Assembly (NCBI GenBank): GCA_043820265.1
Contig: JBDREA010000117.1
Span: 1-46,701 of the forward strand
DNA from: Candidatus Altiarchaeota archaeon
GTDB taxonomy: Archaea > Altiarchaeota > Altiarchaeia > IMC4 > JBDREA01
Reading direction: 5' to 3'
DNA: 46,701 bases
The translations under genes and the position numbers were made by a program. Below the pieces are notes generated by a model. That model was not told the origin of the DNA and did not search any database. It worked only from the letters and a program-made list of their open reading frames with translations. This document shows positions 42,578 through 46,701 of the stretch, in pieces (the first letter of the stretch is position 1; every line of letters starts with the position of its first letter).

Positions 42578-43561
42578 ATGAAATCTATTAAATTATTGGT
42601 TTTAGCGGTATTTTGCATGTGTTTCATCTTTAGTGTGTCTGCCGCCGCAGACTGCCGAGAAGTAAATCTAGTTCTTTCAACCCCTGAACCGGAACCAGAC
42701 ACGTATATTGGAATCACGTTAAAAGACAATCTCAGTAATGCGATTTTGGTATCCGAGACGGTTAAGATATACGACGTCCAGACTACGACGGGGGTGAATA
42801 CCGTAACAAACAGCAACGGATGGTTCAGGTTCAGACCCTCAAAGACGGGAGCCTATAGGCTCATTTTCACCCAGAGCAATCGATGGTGCCCGGTGGAGTT
42901 TTCTGTGAAAAAAAGGATGCGTGAGGTCGGTTCGGGAAGGGACATCTTTTGGCCTGAAAAAAACACTTATGAGGTAGGACAAGATATCATCTTTTCTGTT
43001 CCTTCGGGGGTTGGAGTAAAAGTATTGAATGCCGAAGGGGGCCTTTGGAGGAATCTGGAGGTGAGTAGGGCAGGATATGCAAATATAACCTTTTATGACC
43101 CTGGGATGTACACAATTGTGGTGGCGGAAGTCAGCTCCGAGTACTGGGGCCGAAACCGCTCGATAAAAATCATTCCGTCAAAATCACCACCTACATCTAC
43201 TTCCACCCCCCCTACAACATCCACCTCTTCAACAAGTTCGACCTCAACGATTGAAGTTGCTTTTACAACATCCTCCTTGGATTTGAATGCTTCGTTGGTT
43301 AATGAATCTGTGCTCGCAACGGAGGATTCTGAATCTGACTCAGGAAGCGATTACTGGTTTAAAATGGCCCTTTTTTCCGTTGTCTTGTTTCTCTTCGCCT
43401 TGGTGTTATTCGCACTTGGATTTGCCCATAAAGCTTATCGGAATGTAACTCCATCAAAAAAGAAAGTAAAAACAAAGAAAAAGAGTGCAATGGTGGAGGA
43501 AAAAGAACCTGGAAACGGAAATAGGCGAGGAAACTACAGGAGATACCGCTCAAAGCACTGA
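42578..43561 (+). CDS. Secreted surface protein: Ig/PEGA-like domains, Ser/Thr/Pro linker, TM anchor and a long basic cytoplasmic tail
   Basis: Signal peptide MKSIKLLVLAVFCMCFIFSVSAA. Linker SKSPPTSTSTPPTTSTSSTSSTST. TM segment MALFSVVLFLFALVLFALGF. Tail rich in K/R. Confidence 0.7.
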   Translation: MKSIKLLVLAVFCMCFIFSVSAAADCREVNLVLSTPEPEPDTYIGITLKDNLSNAILVSETVKIYDVQTTTGVNTVTNSNGWFRFRPSKTGAYRLIFTQSNRWCPVEFSVKKRMREVGSGRDIFWPEKNTYEVGQDIIFSVPSGVGVKVLNAEGGLWRNLEVSRAGYANITFYDPGMYTIVVAEVSSEYWGRNRSIKIIPSKSPPTSTSTPPTTSTSSTSSTSTIEVAFTTSSLDLNASLVNESVLATEDSESDSGSDYWFKMALFSVVLFLFALVLFALGFAHKAYRNVTPSKKKVKTKKKSAMVEEKEPGNGNRRGNYRRYRSKH

Positions 43562-43618
43562 AAAAAGCTTTTATATCATTCTTGTTAATAGTTTTATAAA
43601 AAACCTTAGAGGTATATC

Positions 43619-43999
43619 ATGTCCGATCCTTTGTTCAACTTAGCCTTAACGACTTGCATCGTCGGCCTACTTCTCTTGTCATATGCCGGACAAACATTAA
43701 CACCAGCAAAAATCAGGCTAAAAGATATTAGCATAGAGGATGTCGGAAAAAACATATTAGTCTCAGCTGATGTGTCTGAGATACACCAGTTTGAAGGCGG
43801 CTCAATCCTCCTTACCATAACCGGGGACAACTCCTCGATGAAAACATATATACCCTACCACGTATCAAAGGAAATTAAAATTGACATAGAAGAAATTGAA
43901 AACTGCACTCTTGAAATACTTGGCGAGCTCCAAACCTACCAAGGAGAACTCGAACTCGTCGTAGCAGACATTGAGGATATAAAAATCGAAAAATGTTAG
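43619..43999 (+). CDS. Membrane-anchored OB-fold (tRNA_anti-like nucleic-acid-binding) protein
   Basis: N-terminal TM LALTTCIVGLLLLSYA, then the typical OB pattern ILVSADVSEI....GGSILLTITGDNSSMKTYI...LEILGELQTYQGELELVV. It overlaps the next gene by 7 nt. Confidence 0.6.
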   Translation: MSDPLFNLALTTCIVGLLLLSYAGQTLTPAKIRLKDISIEDVGKNILVSADVSEIHQFEGGSILLTITGDNSSMKTYIPYHVSKEIKIDIEEIENCTLEILGELQTYQGELELVVADIEDIKIEKC

Positions 44000-44787
44000 T
44001 CTCCGCTTCAACTCTAAGTGAATACAACTTCTGCCCAAGGGCAATCTATCTTAGAAAGTCCCTGGGCTTCGGATCCGAGAAAACCGAAAAGATGCAGGAA
44101 GGCCTAATGAGCCACTTAGTAAGAAAAGAGCTTTCGCTGAGACAGGCAAAGATCATAAGGAGGGTGAAGGACGTCGAAGAAATAGGTTTGCTTCTCAATC
44201 GCGAGCTCGCCCAGATAATCAAAGAGATTCCCACCATCTACAAGGAGAGACTGGAGGGAATGGACGCTAACAAATTGCTTGCCAAAATCGAAGGAGACAT
44301 AAAAAATGAGCTACAATTCCAAGAAGAGCACTTGGCTGTAATGGTGGACGAACTCGGTTTAAAGGAAACGCTCACCTACATCACTCCCTGGAAGGTCGAA
44401 TACCCGCTAAGATCCGAGATACTCGGACTTTCAGGTCGCATCGATAAAATCTATCGAAACGAAAGCGAATCCTATCCCGTCGAGATAAAAACCGGCACCG
44501 CCCCAAAAGAATACACGTGGGAGGGAGACAGGATCCAAGTGGGCGCCTATGCTCTGCTCCTCGAGGAAAAACTCGCCCAAACCATAAGATACGCCAAAGT
44601 CGAATACACCCAGTCAATGGAGCAAAGGCCGGTGAACATAACCGAAAAACTCAGAAGACTAGTATTCGAAACAAGAGACAACGTAACATACATATTAGAA
44701 GAAAAAATAATCCCCGAAATCTGCGTCCACGGCCAAGGGAAAAAATGCCACAACTGCGGATACAAAGAAAAATGCTACAGCATGTGA
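43993..44787 (+). CDS. Cas4-family / RecB-like PD-(D/E)xK nuclease with a 4-Cys Fe-S cluster (solo, no CRISPR-cas context)
   Basis: N-terminal SASTLSEYNFCPRAIYL, the nuclease core GRIDKIY....YPVEIKTG, the QVGAYALLL (Q..Y) motif and the C-terminal C-x8-C-x2-C-x5-C (CVHGQGKKCHNCGYKEKC). Confidence 0.8.
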   Translation: MLVSASTLSEYNFCPRAIYLRKSLGFGSEKTEKMQEGLMSHLVRKELSLRQAKIIRRVKDVEEIGLLLNRELAQIIKEIPTIYKERLEGMDANKLLAKIEGDIKNELQFQEEHLAVMVDELGLKETLTYITPWKVEYPLRSEILGLSGRIDKIYRNESESYPVEIKTGTAPKEYTWEGDRIQVGAYALLLEEKLAQTIRYAKVEYTQSMEQRPVNITEKLRRLVFETRDNVTYILEEKIIPEICVHGQGKKCHNCGYKEKCYSM

Positions 44788-44836
44788 AACGAAAAAAGCG
44801 TTTTATAGAAAACGAAACTCGGTGACTAGACGATTA

Positions 44837-44941
44837 TTATTTTTTCCTACTTAGTTTGTACCCTAAGATTATTGCTGCCACTACAACGATCCCTCCGATA
44901 ACCACTGAGCTGAACTCGGGTGCGGGAATTACTTCAATCAT
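44837..44941 (-). CDS. Possible 34-aa single-TM micropeptide (MIEVIPAPEFSSVVIGGIVVVAAIILGYKLSRKK)
   Basis: Translated by hand. ATG with GGAG about 10 nt upstream, a hydrophobic core and a basic end. It is below the ORF-track length cutoff. Confidence 0.3.
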   Translation of the reverse strand: MIEVIPAPEFSSVVIGGIVVVAAIILGYKLSRKK

Positions 44942-45045
44942 TTTTCGGATACTCCAAATTCTACTGTGAAGGCCGCAATAAAAAGAAGAAGTGTTAATTT
45001 AGTCTCTCAAAGAATAAGGGTAGTCTGACATCGACTCAAAAGATT

Positions 45046-45249
45046 CTAGACTTCGGCTTTTTCTTTCACTTTATAAAGTCTAGTAATTGTGCCTGCTATC
45101 TTGTTTCTTATTCTCTTGTTTATCCCGATATCTAAGTGCTCTTGTATCTTGCTTTTGTTTTTTTGGAAGTCGGCGTTGAAGTCTTGGGGGTAATCCTTTA
45201 GAAGCTTCACTGCAACGCGTTTCAGATACGTTTGTTTTATTCGGCCCAT
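45046..45249 (-). CDS. rps17e: 30S ribosomal protein S17e (eS17)
   Basis: MGRIKQTYLKRVAVKLLKDYPQDFNADFQKNK....RNKIAG.ITR matches the archaeal S17e pattern. Confidence 0.9.
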   Translation of the reverse strand: MGRIKQTYLKRVAVKLLKDYPQDFNADFQKNKSKIQEHLDIGINKRIRNKIAGTITRLYKVKEKAEV

Positions 45250-45267
45250 TTTTATCGGAGAAAAGAC

Positions 45268-46203
45268 TTAAGACAAACTCCTATATAAATTCGGTTGAGG
45301 TCTGCCGGCTTCAACGAAGGCCCGGCCGAGTCCGTATCCGATGTTCGTCGACAAACGGCTTAGGAGGTCTAAAAGGTGCTGCTCGGGTTCTGCCCGTTGG
45401 ACTTTGGGTTTGCCTCGGATTTCTCCGAGTTCAGCTGCCAGATCGATTGCGGCCTCCAAACCACCCAATTCGTCTACTAGACCCAACTCCTTTGCCCTTG
45501 AGCCCAGATAGATGCTTCCGTCGCTGATCGATCTTGCGTATTCAAGGGAGAAATTCCGGTTTAAGCTGACTTCTTCGACAAAGTCGTCGTTGACGTCGTC
45601 TATGAGCTTCTGAAACATGGCATGTTCCTCTTCGGTCATCGGCCGATAGGGGCTTCCAGAATCCTTGTAGGTTCCGCTCTTTATCGTTGTGGTGTTTATT
45701 CCAAGCCAGGAAAATAGGTCGTAGTAGTGCGAAAGGCTCATGATGACGCCGATTGAGCCTGTGATGGAGTCTTCGTCTGCGACGATCAAATCCGCACCTG
45801 ATGCGGCGTAGTAGGCCCCGCTTGCGCCGGCTTCCCCTATCCATGCGACCACTGGTTTTTTGGTTGCTTTAACGGCCCGGGTCAATTCCCGGCTTGCAAC
45901 GACATAGCCGCCTCCAGAGTTTATTTCCAACACAATGGATTTCACAGAAGAGTCTTCGTCGGCCTCTTTTAGGAGGTCTTTGATGGTGTCCACGTGGGCG
46001 CAGCTTGGACCCCCAAAAGTCGTGGGGCAGCCTTCCATGGTGATGACTCCCTTCACAGGGATGACAGCCACTTTGTCGCCGAAGACATAGACTTCATCGA
46101 GAAAACTAGCAAGAAAAAAGATAAGCGCAGCGATAACGATAACGGAGAATACAACCAGCAAAGCCAACGCCATCTTCCACTTATTATCCAAAGTATACAC
46201 CAC
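45268..46203 (-). CDS. sppA: Signal peptide peptidase SppA (S49 family, 36K type)
   Basis: LEINSGGGYV, GASGAYYAASGAD, GSIGV and KDSGSPYRPMTEEE blocks. The ORF-track start is GTG 46203; ATG 46173 (MALALLVV...) is an alternative. Confidence 0.85.
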   Translation of the reverse strand: MVYTLDNKWKMALALLVVFSVIVIAALIFFLASFLDEVYVFGDKVAVIPVKGVITMEGCPTTFGGPSCAHVDTIKDLLKEADEDSSVKSIVLEINSGGGYVVASRELTRAVKATKKPVVAWIGEAGASGAYYAASGADLIVADEDSITGSIGVIMSLSHYYDLFSWLGINTTTIKSGTYKDSGSPYRPMTEEEHAMFQKLIDDVNDDFVEEVSLNRNFSLEYARSISDGSIYLGSRAKELGLVDELGGLEAAIDLAAELGEIRGKPKVQRAEPEQHLLDLLSRLSTNIGYGLGRAFVEAGRPQPNLYRSLS

Positions 46204-46328
46204 CCAATAAAATCAAAGCTCAAAAGAATAAGATAATGGAATATAAAAGTGGTGGTTTTCACAGAAGAAACAGGTTGAAAAGGCTAAAGCGAAACTGTAT
46301 CTATACGGGTTAGGTCCTCATAAGGCTA

Positions 46329-46661
46329 TTAGACTTGTTCGATGCAGATATTGTCCACACATCTACAATCTGGAATAATCCTGTCTTGTTCAGGACACCT
46401 AATTACTCTTCTCATCAGATGATACCACTTATTTCTGCAAAGAAAGGCACACTCAGAGGGATTTCTTCGGGATATACAGTCTTCATCTTCTTCACAGTAT
46501 AAGGAATCCTGAAAATATTCTGAATTGACGGTAGTGCTTGTATTAGGGCTTGTTAATGTTGTTGAGGAGATATTAGCAGTTGGAGAAATTATCTCTTCAG
46601 ATTGTTCAGTTATGCAGCCTGAAGTCAACACCAAAAGAATTAGCCAGCACCCCCATCTCAT
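46329..46661 (-). CDS. Small lipobox-containing secreted Cys-rich protein (110 aa), paralog of the C-terminal domain of 13077..13718
   Basis: MRWGCWLILLVLTSGC (lipobox-like), an S/T-rich spacer, then YCEEDEDC...C..LC...C...CRCVDNIC. Confidence 0.6.
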   Translation of the reverse strand: MRWGCWLILLVLTSGCITEQSEEIISPTANISSTTLTSPNTSTTVNSEYFQDSLYCEEDEDCISRRNPSECAFLCRNKWYHLMRRVIRCPEQDRIIPDCRCVDNICIEQV

Positions 46662-46701
46662 TTTCTTTTTCTATTTCGAAAAATCCTCACCTATCGGGGT
46701 G

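Noticed and set aside
43993-44787. Taking the Cas4-like gene as evidence of a CRISPR-Cas locus
   Set aside because: No direct-repeat array and no cas1, cas2 or effector genes are present anywhere in the window. It is treated as a solo Cas4-family nuclease.
1-46701. The whole window as a virus, plasmid or integrated element, or as containing a DGR, retron or transposon
   Set aside because: Housekeeping genes are spread throughout (apgM, thrC, tyrA, ftr, cdhDE, rps17e, sppA, tRNA). No capsid, terminase, replication initiator, reverse transcriptase, transposase or integrase motifs were recognised. Only the small ftr-adjacent cassettes look mobile.

Overview
This is an archaeal chromosomal segment of about 50 genes. 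The archaeal call rests on ribosomal protein S17e, chromatin protein MC1, archaeal-type ApgM, Ftr, the CdhD/CdhE corrinoid Fe-S protein and a tRNA with no encoded CCA. Housekeeping and C1 metabolism genes (apgM, thrC, tyrA, ftr, cdhDE, a galT-like gene, an ECF transporter, sppA, rps17e) are interleaved with two other gene classes. The first is an unusually rich set of secreted or surface proteins: a 2467-aa modular giant, beta-helix proteins, Ser/Thr-linker proteins with C-terminal anchors, and Cys-rich lipobox proteins. The second is small accessory modules. The most notable structures are listed here.
1. The 3' end of ftr is present three times and brackets two small cassettes (vapBC, and a DUF4143-type ATPase plus a membrane protein). 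This looks like a serial site-specific insertion scar with no integrase in view.
2. A HerA-like ATPase, a CDA-fold deaminase and a wHTH protein form one minus-strand array.
3. A membrane-anchored OB-fold protein is translationally coupled to a solo Cas4-like nuclease, with no CRISPR array.
4. A free-standing copy of the CdhE N-terminal 4Fe-4S domain sits between cdhD and cdhE.
5. Several long perfect inverted repeats and twin palindromes lie in divergent promoter regions.
No rRNA, CRISPR array, transposase, integrase or reverse transcriptase was recognised. All functional calls come from motif and family recognition by eye. No searches were run.
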